This document shows, piece by piece, positions 50,799 through 61,236 of a DNA stretch of 64,000 nucleotides. The position numbers and the translations under genes were made by a program. Source of the DNA: Alphaproteobacteria bacterium (GTDB lineage: Bacteria > Pseudomonadota > Alphaproteobacteria > GCA-2731375); contig CBDDPY010000002.1 in assembly GCA_965232515.1 (NCBI GenBank), positions 3,616,001 through 3,680,000 on the forward strand, written 5' to 3'. Numbering within the stretch: the stretch's first letter is position 1; each line of letters begins with the position of its first letter. The notes under the pieces were generated by a model that ran no database searches, had not been told where the DNA came from, and saw only the letters and a program-made list of their open reading frames with translations.

Positions 50799-52502
50799 CT
50801 ACCTCTCGGTATCCTCGTCAACGCCGGCCAGCACCACGGCGCCCTTGCCGGCTTGCTTCGCCCGGTACATGGCGGCGTCGGCGGCGGCGATCAGGCTGTC
50901 GACGCTGCAGTCGGCGTCGGGCGCGGCGACCGCGACGCCGATCGACACCGTCAGCGGCCGATCGTCGCTGCCGGAATGGCGTCGCAGCTTGGCGGCGTCC
51001 GCCAACAGCGCCGTCGCCTTGGTCATGGCGCCCTCGGCGCCGGTTTCCTCCAGCCAGATCGCGAACTCGTCACCGCCAATGCGGCCGGAAATGTCGCCGC
51101 GGCGCGTGCTGTCGTTGCTCATCAGCCCGGCCAGCTCGCTCAGGGCCGCGTCGCCCCGGGCATGGCCGTGCATGTCGTTGACCGCCTTGAAATTGTCGAG
51201 ATCGAGATACAGCAGCGCGCCGACCCGACCCATGCGGCGATGCTGCGCGATCCGCTGCGACACCGCCTCGACGAAGGCTCGCCGGTTCAATAGCCCGGTC
51301 AGCTCGTCGGTGCGCGACAGGTATTCCAGTCGGTCCTGCACTTCGGCCTGGGCGATGGCAATGCCGATATGGCCGGCGATATCGGCCAGCACCGACTTGT
51401 CCTCGGCCTCGTCGCGCGGGGCGTCGCCCTGCCAGACCACGCACAACCGGCCCTTCAACTCATGTTGATAGCGGCACCGCGCGATCAGCGTCCGACGCGC
51501 GCCGTGGGCAATCAGATCGACATCGGCCCCGTCGCCAGCGTCGGCGGCCGGCAACTCATCGGGCGCTGGCGCCAGCCCGGCATCGCCGAACGTGGCCGCC
51601 ACCTCGGCCGCGCCGCGGTCGCCGTCGCGAATGATCGTCACCTGGGACGCCTGCATGGCCTGCGCCGTCAGCTTCGCGGCGGCGGCGAACATGGCGTCCG
51701 GCGTCAGTTCGTTGCGGATCGAGTCGACAATCCCGCGGGTCAGCTCCTGGCGCGTCCGGGCGCGGCTCAGCTCGGCCTCGCGCTCCCGCGCATCCGTCAC
51801 GTCGCGGCAGACGCCGCGCCCACCGCACCAGTTGCCGTCGTCGTCCAGCACCGGCAGGCTCGACACCAGCACGCAGGCCGGACGCCCATCCGACCGCTTC
51901 AGCCAGACCTCGACGCCATTCTGCGGCTCGGGGCTCTCGAACGGCCAGGGTTCCGGCGGCGAGTCGGGATCGGGCGCCAGCAGACGCGCGGGATGGTCGG
52001 CCAACTCACGCGCGTCGTAGCCGAGCGCGCCCTGCGGCGAGACGAAGGCGAAATTGCGGTCGGCCCCGATCTCCCAGGCGAAATCGGCCGAGCAGGTCAC
52101 CAGATCCTTGAACAATTGCCGCGACAGCACCACGGCCTCGGTGAAATGCACGTCCAGCGTGCTGTCGCGCCCGACCGCCAGCACCGCCGCGTCGCCGCCC
52201 TCGGCGACTGGCAGAAAGGCGAGATCGAAGACCCGGCCGGCATATTCGCCGGTCAGCTTCAGGCGCTCCAGGCTCGGGCGCCGGTCGCGGATCACCCGCA
52301 GCAAGGTGTGCTTGATCGTCGGATTTGTCTCGAGCACCGAGATCACCGGCTCGATGGCCGGGTTGCAGGCCAGCACCGCGCCGTTCGCGTCGACGCAGAA
52401 CGCCGGTCCCGGATAGGCGGCCACCAGGCCCGCGGGCGAGTGATCGGCCACCCCCGTCGACGCCCCCTCGAGCAGCTGTTGCGACTGGGAAAGTGGCGGC
52501 AT
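50799..52502 (-). CDS. PAS-GAF-GGDEF diguanylate cyclase
   Basis: DELTGLLNRR, DLDNFKAVND..GH..GD, RRGD I-site, GGDEF, AD.AMY.AK..GK. Confidence 0.93.
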   Translation of the reverse strand: MPPLSQSQQLLEGASTGVADHSPAGLVAAYPGPAFCVDANGAVLACNPAIEPVISVLETNPTIKHTLLRVIRDRRPSLERLKLTGEYAGRVFDLAFLPVAEGGDAAVLAVGRDSTLDVHFTEAVVLSRQLFKDLVTCSADFAWEIGADRNFAFVSPQGALGYDARELADHPARLLAPDPDSPPEPWPFESPEPQNGVEVWLKRSDGRPACVLVSSLPVLDDDGNWCGGRGVCRDVTDAREREAELSRARTRQELTRGIVDSIRNELTPDAMFAAAAKLTAQAMQASQVTIIRDGDRGAAEVAATFGDAGLAPAPDELPAADAGDGADVDLIAHGARRTLIARCRYQHELKGRLCVVWQGDAPRDEAEDKSVLADIAGHIGIAIAQAEVQDRLEYLSRTDELTGLLNRRAFVEAVSQRIAQHRRMGRVGALLYLDLDNFKAVNDMHGHARGDAALSELAGLMSNDSTRRGDISGRIGGDEFAIWLEETGAEGAMTKATALLADAAKLRRHSGSDDRPLTVSIGVAVAAPDADCSVDSLIAAADAAMYRAKQAGKGAVVLAGVDEDTER

Positions 52503-52553
52503 GTACTTGATCTGCGGCGGAATTTCGTATTTCCGGACCCTAGCCGGGGAAGC

Positions 52554-52569
52554 TTAAGGCGGCCTTAAC
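52554..52569. promoter_or_regulatory. CtrA consensus site TTAA-ggcggcc-TTAAC
   Basis: Perfect TTAA-N7-TTAAC, 52 bp upstream of the diguanylate cyclase start. Confidence 0.7.
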
Positions 52570-52643
52570 CCGTCCCGCGTTTGATCAGGACAACCGCCGG
52601 TTTTCCCTTGCCCTCGGCGACGCCAGCCACCAGAGTCCTTCGC

Positions 52644-53324
52644 ATGCCGCAAGCCGCCTCCACCGACCCCGACAGCTTCGATCATGTCGAGGTCTGGATC
52701 TTCGATCTCGACAACACGCTTTATCCGCGCCGCTGCAATCTGTTCGATCAGATCGACCGGCGCATGGGTGAGTTCATCGCCGGCTATATGGGCGTCGACT
52801 TCGACGAGGCGCGCCGTCTGCAGAAGGATCATTTCCGCCAGCACGGCACCACGCTGCGCGGCCTGATGGTCGAACAGGATATGGACCCGCAGGCCTTCCT
52901 CGATTACGTGCACGAGATCGACCTGTCGGGCATCCCGGCGGACATCGCGCTCAACGCCGCGCTCGACCGCCTGCCCGGCCGCAAGCTGATTTTCACCAAC
53001 GGCACCCGCGAACATGCCGCCCGCGTCACCGATCGGCTCCGCATCCGGCATCATTTCGAGGACGTGTTCGATATCGTCGATTCCGACTATCTGCCGAAGC
53101 CGACCATGGATCCGTACGAGAAGATGCTGGCCCGGCACGGCATCGATCCGCTGAAGGCGATCATGTTCGAGGACATGGACCGCAACCTGGCGCCCGCCGC
53201 GGCGCTCGGCATGACCACGGTCTGGGTCTCCGACGCGCCCGACAGCCCGGCCCGCGCCGCCGACGCCGACCACGTCCACCACCACACATCAGACCTGACG
53301 ACCTGGCTGACGGCGTTGCCCTGA
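52644..53324 (+). CDS. Pyrimidine 5'-nucleotidase (HAD superfamily)
   Basis: WIFDLDNTLY, HGTTLRGL, IFTNG, PKP, MFEDM.RNL motifs. Confidence 0.92.
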   Translation: MPQAASTDPDSFDHVEVWIFDLDNTLYPRRCNLFDQIDRRMGEFIAGYMGVDFDEARRLQKDHFRQHGTTLRGLMVEQDMDPQAFLDYVHEIDLSGIPADIALNAALDRLPGRKLIFTNGTREHAARVTDRLRIRHHFEDVFDIVDSDYLPKPTMDPYEKMLARHGIDPLKAIMFEDMDRNLAPAAALGMTTVWVSDAPDSPARAADADHVHHHTSDLTTWLTALP

Positions 53325-53391
53325 CGCCGGTTGACTGGCGCGGCGCTGTCACTATGGTGCGCCCGTTCGCCAACGCGTGAGAGGGGCCGCC

Positions 53392-54237
53392 ATGAGCACC
53401 GACAGTCTGCAAACCGCGATCGACGCCGCCTGGGAAGACCGCGAGAACATCGGTCCCGGCACCACGGGCGCCGTGCGCGACGCCATCGAGACGGCGCTGA
53501 CCGCGCTCGACGGCGGCGAGATGCGCGTCGCCGAGAAGCGCGACGGCGGCTGGCAGGTGAACCAGTGGCTGAAAAAGGCCGTGCTGCTGTCGTTCCGGCT
53601 CTACGACATGGCGCCCATCGACGGCGGCCCCGGCGCACGCACCACCTGGTTCGACAAGGTGCCGTCGAAGTTCGAGGGCTGGGGCGACAACCAGTTCCGC
53701 GCCGCCGGCTTCCGCGCCGTGCCGAACTGCGTGGTCCGCCGTTCGGCCTATATCGCGCCCGGCGTGGTGCTGATGCCGAGCTTCGTCAACCTCGGCGCCT
53801 ATGTCGATTCCGGCAGCATGGTCGACACCTGGGCCACGGTCGGCAGCTGCGCCCAGATCGGCAAGAACTGTCACATCTCCGGCGGCGCCGGCATCGGCGG
53901 CGTGCTGGAGCCGCTGCAGGCCAATCCCGTGGTCATCGAGGACGACTGCTTCATTGGCGCCCGCTCGGAAGTGGCCGAGGGCGTCATCGTCGAGCAGGGC
54001 GCGGTGCTGTCCATGGGCGTCTATATCGGCGCCTCGACCAAGATCGTCGACCGCGCCACCGGCGAGGTGCATTACGGCCGCGTGCCGGCCTATTCGGTCG
54101 TCGTGCCGGGCTCGCTGCCGGGCCAGCCGTTGCCCGACGGCAGCCCCGGGCCCAGCCTCTATTGCGCCGTTATCGTCAAGCAGGTCGATGCCGGCACCCG
54201 GGCCAAGACGTCGATCAACGAACTGCTGCGCGATTGA
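53392..54237 (+). CDS. dapD: Tetrahydrodipicolinate N-succinyltransferase
   Basis: [38 protein letters not shown] motifs. Confidence 0.98.
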   Translation: MSTDSLQTAIDAAWEDRENIGPGTTGAVRDAIETALTALDGGEMRVAEKRDGGWQVNQWLKKAVLLSFRLYDMAPIDGGPGARTTWFDKVPSKFEGWGDNQFRAAGFRAVPNCVVRRSAYIAPGVVLMPSFVNLGAYVDSGSMVDTWATVGSCAQIGKNCHISGGAGIGGVLEPLQANPVVIEDDCFIGARSEVAEGVIVEQGAVLSMGVYIGASTKIVDRATGEVHYGRVPAYSVVVPGSLPGQPLPDGSPGPSLYCAVIVKQVDAGTRAKTSINELLRD

Positions 54238-54314
54238 TTCAATCGGCGATAGTCGACCGGCTGGCCCTTTAAGGACAGTTGACCGGATTTCGGGCAGAAG
54301 CTAAGACCCGAAGC

Positions 54315-55472
54315 ATGGATGCAAACGCGCGGATCGATCCGCTGGATCTCGCCCGCGCGCTGATCCGTCGGCCCAGCGTGACGCCGACGGACGCCGGCGC
54401 GCTCGACGTCTTGCAAACGACGCTCGAAGGACTGGGCTTCGTCTGCCACCGGCTGGTGTTTTCCGAGCCCGGCACGGCCGACGTCGACAATCTCTATGCC
54501 CGGTTCGGCGACGGCCGGCCGAATTTCTGCTTCGCCGGCCATACCGACGTCGTGCCGGTCGGCGACGCGGCGGCCTGGCAGGTCGATCCCTTCGCCGGCG
54601 AACTGATCGACGGCGCGCTCTGGGGCCGCGGCGCCAGCGACATGAAAGCGGCCATCGCCTGCTTCGCCGCCGCCGCCGCCGGCTTCCTGACCGACCACGG
54701 CGAGGGCTTCGGCGGCGCCATCAGCCTGCTGATCACCGGCGACGAGGAAGGCCCGGCGATCAACGGCACCGAGAAGGTGCTGGCCTGGCTCGACGAACGC
54801 GGCGAGGCGATCGACCATTGCCTGGTCGGCGAGCCGACCAATCCCGGCACGCTCGGCGAGATGATCAAGAACGGCCGCCGCGGCACGCTCGGCGGTAAGC
54901 TCGTGGTGCGCGGCACCCAGGGCCATGTCGCCTACCCACACCTTGCCGACAATCCGATCCCGCGCCTGCTCGCCATGCTCGACCGGTTGCTGGCGCGCAG
55001 GTTCGACGACGGCAACGCGCATTTTCAGGCGACCAACCTCGAGATCACAACCGTCGATGTCGGCAACCCGGCCAGCAACGTGATTCCGGCCGAGGCGACG
55101 GCCGCCTTCAACATCCGTTTCAACACCAGCCAGCGCGGCGACGAGCTGTGCGACTGGCTGCGCCGCGAGTGCGCCGACGTCGGCGGCGACTATGACCTCA
55201 GCCTGCGCGTCGGCGGCGAGCCGTTCCTGACCGCGCCCGGCGACTTCACCGACATGCTGCGCCAGGCCATTGAGGCCGAGACCGGCGTCGCGCCCGAGCT
55301 CAGCACGACGGGCGGCACGTCGGACGCGCGCTTTATCAAGAACCATTGCCCGGTGGTCGAGTTCGGCATGGTCGGCCGCACCATGCACAAGGTCGACGAG
55401 CATGTCGCCGTCGCCGACATCGAAACCCTGACCAGGATCTACCGGCGCGTGCTGCAGCGCTATTTCACCTGA
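54315..55472 (+). CDS. dapE: Succinyl-diaminopimelate desuccinylase
   Basis: [41 protein letters not shown] motifs. Confidence 0.97.
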   Translation: MDANARIDPLDLARALIRRPSVTPTDAGALDVLQTTLEGLGFVCHRLVFSEPGTADVDNLYARFGDGRPNFCFAGHTDVVPVGDAAAWQVDPFAGELIDGALWGRGASDMKAAIACFAAAAAGFLTDHGEGFGGAISLLITGDEEGPAINGTEKVLAWLDERGEAIDHCLVGEPTNPGTLGEMIKNGRRGTLGGKLVVRGTQGHVAYPHLADNPIPRLLAMLDRLLARRFDDGNAHFQATNLEITTVDVGNPASNVIPAEATAAFNIRFNTSQRGDELCDWLRRECADVGGDYDLSLRVGGEPFLTAPGDFTDMLRQAIEAETGVAPELSTTGGTSDARFIKNHCPVVEFGMVGRTMHKVDEHVAVADIETLTRIYRRVLQRYFT

Positions 55473-55473
55473 C

Positions 55474-56052
55474 ATGCCGCCGCGCAGCGAGATCGAAGGA
55501 TCGCTCTACGGCGCCTGGCGCCTGGTCCTGCGGGATCCGGACAGCCTCAACTATTTCAACATATCAGCCGACGGCTTCTGGCGTTCGTTCTTCGCCGCCG
55601 CCATCGTCGCGCCCCTGTTTTTCATCAGCAGCCTGCTGTCGTTGAATCTCGTCGCCGACGACGCCGCCGCGGCGGCACCGGCATTCAGCTTCGTCGCGCT
55701 CGCGTTCAACTTCGTCGTCGCCTGGGTCGGCTACGTGGTGCTCATGTTTCCGGTCACGCGGCTGCTCAATCTCGAGTCCCGCTATGCCGCCTATGTCATC
55801 GTCTGGAACTGGACCGCCGTCCTGCAGGTCGCGTTGCTGTTCGCGGCCGCGCTGTTGCGGGGCTCGGGACTGTTTTCGGGCGGTGTCGGCGACGCGGCGC
55901 TGATCGCCGCCGTGCTGACCTCGCTCTACATCGCCTATCTGGTCGCGCGCGCCGCGCTCGGCTGCGATATCCCGGTCGCGATCGGCCTGGTGATCTTCGA
56001 GAACCTGCTTCACCTGGCCATCGACCGCACCGGAAACGCGCTATTCGGCTAG
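55474..56052 (+). CDS. Conserved hypothetical membrane protein
   Basis: GAWRL...[12 protein letters not shown], multiple TM segments; follows dapE. Confidence 0.8.
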   Translation: MPPRSEIEGSLYGAWRLVLRDPDSLNYFNISADGFWRSFFAAAIVAPLFFISSLLSLNLVADDAAAAAPAFSFVALAFNFVVAWVGYVVLMFPVTRLLNLESRYAAYVIVWNWTAVLQVALLFAAALLRGSGLFSGGVGDAALIAAVLTSLYIAYLVARAALGCDIPVAIGLVIFENLLHLAIDRTGNALFG

Positions 56053-56820
56053 CTCTTTGAGTTCGGCGGAATCGGCGTCGCCAGGATAGAACACGGCGTC
56101 GAGATAAAGCCCGTCCGGCGGCGCCACGGGGCCGCACCGCGCGCGGTCGCGGGCCGCCAGCGCCGCCGCGATCTCGCCTTCGGCCCAGCGGCCCTCGCCG
56201 ACCTTCTTCAAACTACCGACCATGGACCGGACCTGGTTGTGCAGGAACGACCGGGCCAGCGCCGTGATCCGCACCTCCTGGCCGTCCCGACTGACGTCAA
56301 GCGCGGTCAACGTCTTCAGCGGCGACTTCGCCTGACATTGCACCGAACGGAAGGTCGTAAAGTCGTGCCGGCCGACCAGCGCCTGCGCCGCGCGGTGCAT
56401 GGCGTCGGCGTCGAGCGGCGGCACCACGTGCCAGGCCCGGCCGCGCAGATAGGTCAGCGGCGCCCGCCGGTTGACGATGCGGTAGACATAACGCCGGCCG
56501 ATGGCGCTGAACCGGGCATGGAAGTCGTCGTCGACCTCGACCGCGGACAGCACGGCCACTGGCCGCGGCTTCAGGTGGAAGTTGGCGGCGTCCCGCACGT
56601 TGTCGGCCGGCATCGCCTTCGCCAGATCGACATGCACGGTCTGCGCCGCGGCATGCACGCCGGCATCCGTGCGGCCCGCCGCGAAAACCGCCGCCTCGTG
56701 CCCGCAGAAGGCGCCGATCGCGGCTTCCAGGGCGGCCTGTACCGACGGCCCGTTGTCCTGTCGCTGCCAGCCGACGAAGTCCCGGCCGTCATATTCGACC
56801 GTCAGTCGGTAGCGTGGCAT
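56041..56820 (-). CDS. truA: tRNA pseudouridine(38-40) synthase
   Basis: [34 protein letters not shown] motifs. Confidence 0.97.
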   Translation of the reverse strand: MPRYRLTVEYDGRDFVGWQRQDNGPSVQAALEAAIGAFCGHEAAVFAAGRTDAGVHAAAQTVHVDLAKAMPADNVRDAANFHLKPRPVAVLSAVEVDDDFHARFSAIGRRYVYRIVNRRAPLTYLRGRAWHVVPPLDADAMHRAAQALVGRHDFTTFRSVQCQAKSPLKTLTALDVSRDGQEVRITALARSFLHNQVRSMVGSLKKVGEGRWAEGEIAAALAARDRARCGPVAPPDGLYLDAVFYPGDADSAELKELAE

Positions 56821-56840
56821 GGCTCCCCCGGAGACCGTCG

Positions 56841-57767
56841 TCAGCCCAGCCGCGTGCCGGCCGGGATCGGGAAGCCCCGCAACAGCGCGTCGGCCGCCAT
56901 CGGCGCCTTGCCGGCCCGCTGCAGCTCCAGCAGCCTGAGCGCGCCGTCGCCGCAGGCCACCGTCAGGCGATCGTCCATCGCCGTGCCCGGCGTCCCCGAA
57001 ACGTCGGCCACCGGTTCGGCCAGCAGCACCTTGATGCGGGCGCCGTCATGTTCGAACCAGGCGCCGGGAAACGGCGACAGGCCGCGGATCTGGCAATCGA
57101 GCGCGGCCGCCGGCCGCGACCAGTCGATGCGCGCCTCCGACTTGTCGATCTTGTCCGCGTACGTCACGCCCCTCTCGGCCTGCGGCCGGGACGTCAGCCG
57201 GCCGTCTGCCAGTCCCGCCAACGCCTCGACCATCAGCGGCGCGCCGAGGCGCGCCAACGCGTCGTGGAGATCGCCGGCCGTGGTCTGCGGCCCGATCGAC
57301 ACCCGTTCCTCAAGCAGTATCGGTCCGGTATCGAGTCCCGCCTCCATCTGCATCACGGCAATGCCGGTTTCGCCGTCGCCGGCCATGATCGCGCGCTGGA
57401 TCGGCGCCGCCCCACGCCAGCGCGGCAGCAGCGACGCATGCAGGTTGAGGCAGCCGAGCCGCGGCGCCGCCAGGACCGGCGGCGGCAGGATCAGGCCATA
57501 GGCGACGACGACGGCGGCATCCAGTCCCAGATCGGCGAACGCCGCCTGCGCCTCGGCATCCTTCAGATGGACGGGTGTCCTGACGTCGATGCCGCGAGCT
57601 TCTGCGACCCGCTGGACCGGCGACGGTCGTGGCTGCTTGCCCCGGCCGGCCGCGCGCGGCGGCTGGGAATAGACGGCGGCGATGTCGTAGCCGGCCTCGA
57701 TCAGCGCCGTCAGCGTCGGCACCGCGAAGTCCGGCGTTCCCATGAAGGCGAGCCGAAGGCGGCTCAT
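56841..57767 (-). CDS. fmt: Methionyl-tRNA formyltransferase
   Basis: [35 protein letters not shown] motifs. Confidence 0.98.
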   Translation of the reverse strand: MSRLRLAFMGTPDFAVPTLTALIEAGYDIAAVYSQPPRAAGRGKQPRPSPVQRVAEARGIDVRTPVHLKDAEAQAAFADLGLDAAVVVAYGLILPPPVLAAPRLGCLNLHASLLPRWRGAAPIQRAIMAGDGETGIAVMQMEAGLDTGPILLEERVSIGPQTTAGDLHDALARLGAPLMVEALAGLADGRLTSRPQAERGVTYADKIDKSEARIDWSRPAAALDCQIRGLSPFPGAWFEHDGARIKVLLAEPVADVSGTPGTAMDDRLTVACGDGALRLLELQRAGKAPMAADALLRGFPIPAGTRLG

Positions 57768-57773
57768 ATCGCG

Positions 57774-58292
57774 CTAGGCGGACGCTTTTTGCCGGCGGGC
57801 CTTCACCAGCTTGCGGAGGATCATGCTGCGCTTTATGGCCGAGAGATGATCGACGAACAGAATGCCGTCGAGATGGTCCATCTCGTGCTGAATGCAGCGC
57901 GACAGCAGGCCGGTGGCGTCCAGTGACTGCGGCCTGCCGTCCCGGTCCAGGAATTCGACCGTGATCCCTTCCGGCCGTTCGATCTCTGCGTAGTGCTCCG
58001 GCAGCGACAGGCAGCCTTCGTTGTAGAGCGCCATGTCGTCGGAGAACCGCACGATCTGCGGATTGACCAGGAACAGCGGCTCGCGTGGTTTGTCGTCGGG
58101 CGCGACGTCGGTCACGATCACGCGTTTCGTCACGCCGACCTGGATCGCCGACAGCCCGATACCCGGCGCCGCGTACATCGACTCCAGCATGTCGTCCATC
58201 AGCTTCCGGACGTGGTCGTCCACGGTCCCGACGGCCTCGGACAGCACCTTCAAGCGCGGGTCGGGCGCGGTAATGATCGGCATCAACGCCAT
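57774..58292 (-). CDS. def: Peptide deformylase
   Basis: GIGLSAIQ, EGCLS, QHEMDHLDG motifs. Confidence 0.98.
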   Translation of the reverse strand: MALMPIITAPDPRLKVLSEAVGTVDDHVRKLMDDMLESMYAAPGIGLSAIQVGVTKRVIVTDVAPDDKPREPLFLVNPQIVRFSDDMALYNEGCLSLPEHYAEIERPEGITVEFLDRDGRPQSLDATGLLSRCIQHEMDHLDGILFVDHLSAIKRSMILRKLVKARRQKASA

Positions 58293-58441
58293 GATTCGCT
58301 GGCCACCCTGAAAACTCCTTGCCATGCAGTACCTAGTATCTGCCTGGAAAACCGTCAAGTTCGCGGGAAAACCGGCAATTTCCGGCACGGCGTGCTAGGC
58401 TTGTTCCGGTTTTGATCCACAGATTCGAGGCCTGCCGTTCG

Positions 58442-59599
58442 ATGGAGCCCACTCTGCTGATCATCGGCGTCGTCGCGGCGCTGCTCGTGGCCGCCGCGGC
58501 CGTCGCCGCCGTGCTGATCGTCGGCCGACAGGACCGGCGGGCCCGGCAGGACGCCGAAGCCCGCATCGCCCAGCTCGGCGACGCCGCCGCCGCCCTCGCC
58601 GCCGCGCAGCAGGAGATCGGCGGCCGGCTGTCGCAGATGGCCGAGCAGAACGCGGCCGAACGCGCCGAGCTGACGCGCAGCCTGCAGGAACGCCTCGACG
58701 GCGTCAGTAAGCGCATGGGCGACAGCCTCGAGCAATCCTCATCGAAAACGGCGGCCAGCCTCGGCGAGCTGCGCAAGCATCTGGACGTCATCGACCACGC
58801 CCAGAAGAACATCGCCGAGCTCACCGGCCAGGTCATCGGCCTGCAGGACATCCTCGACAACAAGCAGGCCCGCGGCGCCTTCGGCGAGGTGCAGTTGCAG
58901 GATCTGGTGGGCGCCATCCTGCCGCCGTCGGCCTACGCCTTCCAGGCCCAGCTCGAGAACGGCCGGCGGGTCGACTGCCTGGTGCGCCTGCCGCAGCCGC
59001 CGGGGCCGATCGGCATCGATTCCAAGTTTCCGCTGGAGAGCTATCACGCGCTGCGCGCGGCCCAGGACGAGACGTCCGAAAAGCGGGCGCAGCGCGACTT
59101 CCGGACCGCGATCCAGAAGCACATCACCGATATCCGCGAGCGTTACATCGTCGCCGGCGAGACGGCGGATTCGGCGCTCATGTTCCTGCCCTCGGAGGCG
59201 GTCTACGCCGAGCTGCACGCGAACTTCGCCGATCTGGTCGAGCTGTCCTACCGCGCCCGAGTCTGGATCGTCTCGCCGACGACGCTGATGGCGACACTCA
59301 ACACGGTGCGCGCGGTGCTGAAAGACGCCCGCATGCGCGAGGCCGCCGGCGTTATCCAGACCCAGGTCCAGCTCCTGCTCGATGATGTGCGCCGGCTCGA
59401 CGACCGGGTCGACAATTTGAAGCGGCACCATGCCCAGGCCGAGAAGGATCTGAAGGACATCGGCATCTCCTCGACCAAGATCATCAACCGGGCGGAAAAG
59501 ATCGAGGACCTGCAGCTCGACGACGACACCGACGCCGCCGAAGCCGTCGAGGATGCCCTCGCGGCCCCCCGCCCCGCCACCGCCCTGTCCGGCGGCTGA
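58442..59599 (+). CDS. rmuC: DNA recombination protein RmuC
   Basis: RGAFGEVQL, IDSKFP, MFLPSEA, SPTTLMA.L motifs. Confidence 0.93.
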   Translation: MEPTLLIIGVVAALLVAAAAVAAVLIVGRQDRRARQDAEARIAQLGDAAAALAAAQQEIGGRLSQMAEQNAAERAELTRSLQERLDGVSKRMGDSLEQSSSKTAASLGELRKHLDVIDHAQKNIAELTGQVIGLQDILDNKQARGAFGEVQLQDLVGAILPPSAYAFQAQLENGRRVDCLVRLPQPPGPIGIDSKFPLESYHALRAAQDETSEKRAQRDFRTAIQKHITDIRERYIVAGETADSALMFLPSEAVYAELHANFADLVELSYRARVWIVSPTTLMATLNTVRAVLKDARMREAAGVIQTQVQLLLDDVRRLDDRVDNLKRHHAQAEKDLKDIGISSTKIINRAEKIEDLQLDDDTDAAEAVEDALAAPRPATALSGG

Positions 59600-59682
59600 T
59601 GCCTCTGCGGTGAAGAATCAGAGCGGTTCCGCGAGCGCCGCGGCGCAGACGGACTACGCCCACCTGAAAACGCCTCACCATT

Positions 59683-59771
59683 CTGGATTGCCGGGTCAAG
59701 CCCGGCAATGACGGATTTGCGAGTTTTTTCAACGTGTTGATGTCATCACCGGGCTTGACCCGGTGATCCAG
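59683..59771. repeat. Inverted pair of REP/RPE4-like palindromes
   Basis: ctggattgccgggtcaagcccggcaatgacgg and gtcatcaccgggcttgacccggtgatccag. Confidence 0.85.
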
Positions 59772-59923
59772 GGCGGGCGCGCCAACGGCTCTGATCACAT
59801 TTCGTTTTATATATCATTTCGATATATTGATTAACGCGATATGTGAGTCATATCTAGTTAGCCAAGGCCGCGGTCTGGCCTGGCGGCACGGGCGGCGGAT
59901 ACGCCCGATTTGGAGATGATGAG

Positions 59924-60145
59924 ATGAGTAGCAACGACCCGAAAGCCTTCGCCCTTTGGTTCGGTCTTTGGCTCTTGGGCTTGGTCGTTCTGGGCCTGGT
60001 TTCACTGGTCGGCAGCAGCGCCGCCGACGAGATGAACGACGCCGGCCGCGTTTATGTGACGACGGGACTGTCCTCGGTCGAACAGACGATCGACGGCGGC
60101 CTGACCGTTTATTCGCGCGCCATTCGGCCGGTAATCGGCTGCTGA
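59924..60145 (+). CDS. Small hypothetical membrane protein (73 aa)
   Basis: GGAG/GAG RBS, hydrophobic N-terminal helix, AT-rich upstream promoter region. Confidence 0.55.
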   Translation: MSSNDPKAFALWFGLWLLGLVVLGLVSLVGSSAADEMNDAGRVYVTTGLSSVEQTIDGGLTVYSRAIRPVIGC

Positions 60146-60155
60146 GCCGGCCGCG

Positions 60156-60749
60156 TCAGAGCGACTTGCGCGCCTTCAGCGCGGCGGCCAGCGTACCGTC
60201 GTCGAGATAATCGAGCTCGCCGCCCACGGGCACGCCGTGGGCCAGTCCCGACACCTTCACATCGCAACCGGCCAGACGTTCGGTGATGTAATGCGCCGTC
60301 GTCTGGCCGTCGACCGTGGCGTTGGTGGCCAGGATCACCTCGTGCACCTCGGGCGCGGCCGCGCGCTCCAGCAGGCCGGCGATGTTGAGGTCCTCCGGCC
60401 CGACGCCGTCTAGCGCCGACAGCGTGCCGCCCAGCACGTGATAGCGGCCGCGGAACACCGCCGCCCGCTCCAGCGCCCAGAGGTCGGCCACGTCCTCGAC
60501 CACGCAGATCGCCGCCGCCTCGCGGCGCGGATCGCGGCAGATGCTGCAGGGATCGCTGGCGTCGAGGTTGCCGCAGGTTGCGCAAGCGCGCACGTTCTCG
60601 GCCGCCGCCCGCAGGCTCTCGGCCAGCGGCGCCAGCAGCGTATCCTTGCGTTTGATCAGGTGCAGCGCCGCCCGCCGCGCCGACCGCGGCCCCAGCCCCG
60701 GCAGCTTGGCGAGCAACTGGATCAGCCGCTCGATCTCCGGTCCCATCAT
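60156..60749 (-). CDS. recR: Recombination mediator RecR
   Basis: [12 protein letters not shown]4 zinc finger, [23 protein letters not shown] motifs. Confidence 0.98.
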   Translation of the reverse strand: MMGPEIERLIQLLAKLPGLGPRSARRAALHLIKRKDTLLAPLAESLRAAAENVRACATCGNLDASDPCSICRDPRREAAAICVVEDVADLWALERAAVFRGRYHVLGGTLSALDGVGPEDLNIAGLLERAAAPEVHEVILATNATVDGQTTAHYITERLAGCDVKVSGLAHGVPVGGELDYLDDGTLAAALKARKSL

Positions 60750-60777
60750 GACGCGATATCGGTGCCCTGGTCCCTAT

Positions 60778-60860
60778 CCGTCATACCCGGACTTGATGCG
60801 GGCATCCATGCGGCATCTCAAAAAGCACCTGGATTGCCGGGCCAAGACCGGCATTGACGG
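60778..60860. repeat. Degenerate REP/RPE4-like pair between ybaB and recR
   Basis: ccgtcatacccggacttgatgcgggcatcca and ctggattgccgggccaagaccggcattgacgg; a further short palindrome aaatggggacggtccccgttt at 60876-60896. Confidence 0.75.
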
Positions 60861-60912
60861 ATGGTTGAGCCGTGAAAATGGGGACGGTCCCCGTTTCGGT
60901 GGGCATAGAGCG

Positions 60913-61236
60913 CTAGAACGGCAGCTTCATGCCCGGCGGCAGCTGCAGGCCGCCGGTCAGCTTCTGCATTTCCTCGGCCGTACGCTCCTCGACCCGGCGC
61001 TTGGCGTCGTTGTGGGCGGCGACCAGCAGGTCTTCCATCACCTCGGCCTCTTCCGGCTTGCACAATGACGGATCGAGCTTGATGCTCCGCATCTCGCCCT
61101 TGCCGTTCAGCGTTACCTGGACCATGCCGCCGGCGGCGCTGCCGACGATCTCGATATTCTCGAGCTGCGCCTGCATTTCGGCCATCTTGGTCTGGAATTC
61201 CTGCGCCTGCTTCAGCATCTGGCCCAGATTCTTCAT
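60913..61236 (-). CDS. ybaB: YbaB/EbfC nucleoid-associated protein
   Basis: MLKQAQ...GSAAGGMV...[11 protein letters not shown]...PPGMKLPF. Confidence 0.96.
   Translation of the reverse strand: MKNLGQMLKQAQEFQTKMAEMQAQLENIEIVGSAAGGMVQVTLNGKGEMRSIKLDPSLCKPEEAEVMEDLLVAAHNDAKRRVEERTAEEMQKLTGGLQLPPGMKLPF

Noticed and set aside
59484-59798. 104-aa ORF with LDHRVKPGDD / SLPGLTRQS
   Set aside because: These are translations of the REP/RPE4-like palindromes, and the ORF overlaps rmuC.
24769-60860. CRISPR array from the roughly 30-bp palindromic repeats
   Set aside because: Copies occur as dispersed inverted pairs, not tandem direct repeats with spacers, and no cas genes are present.
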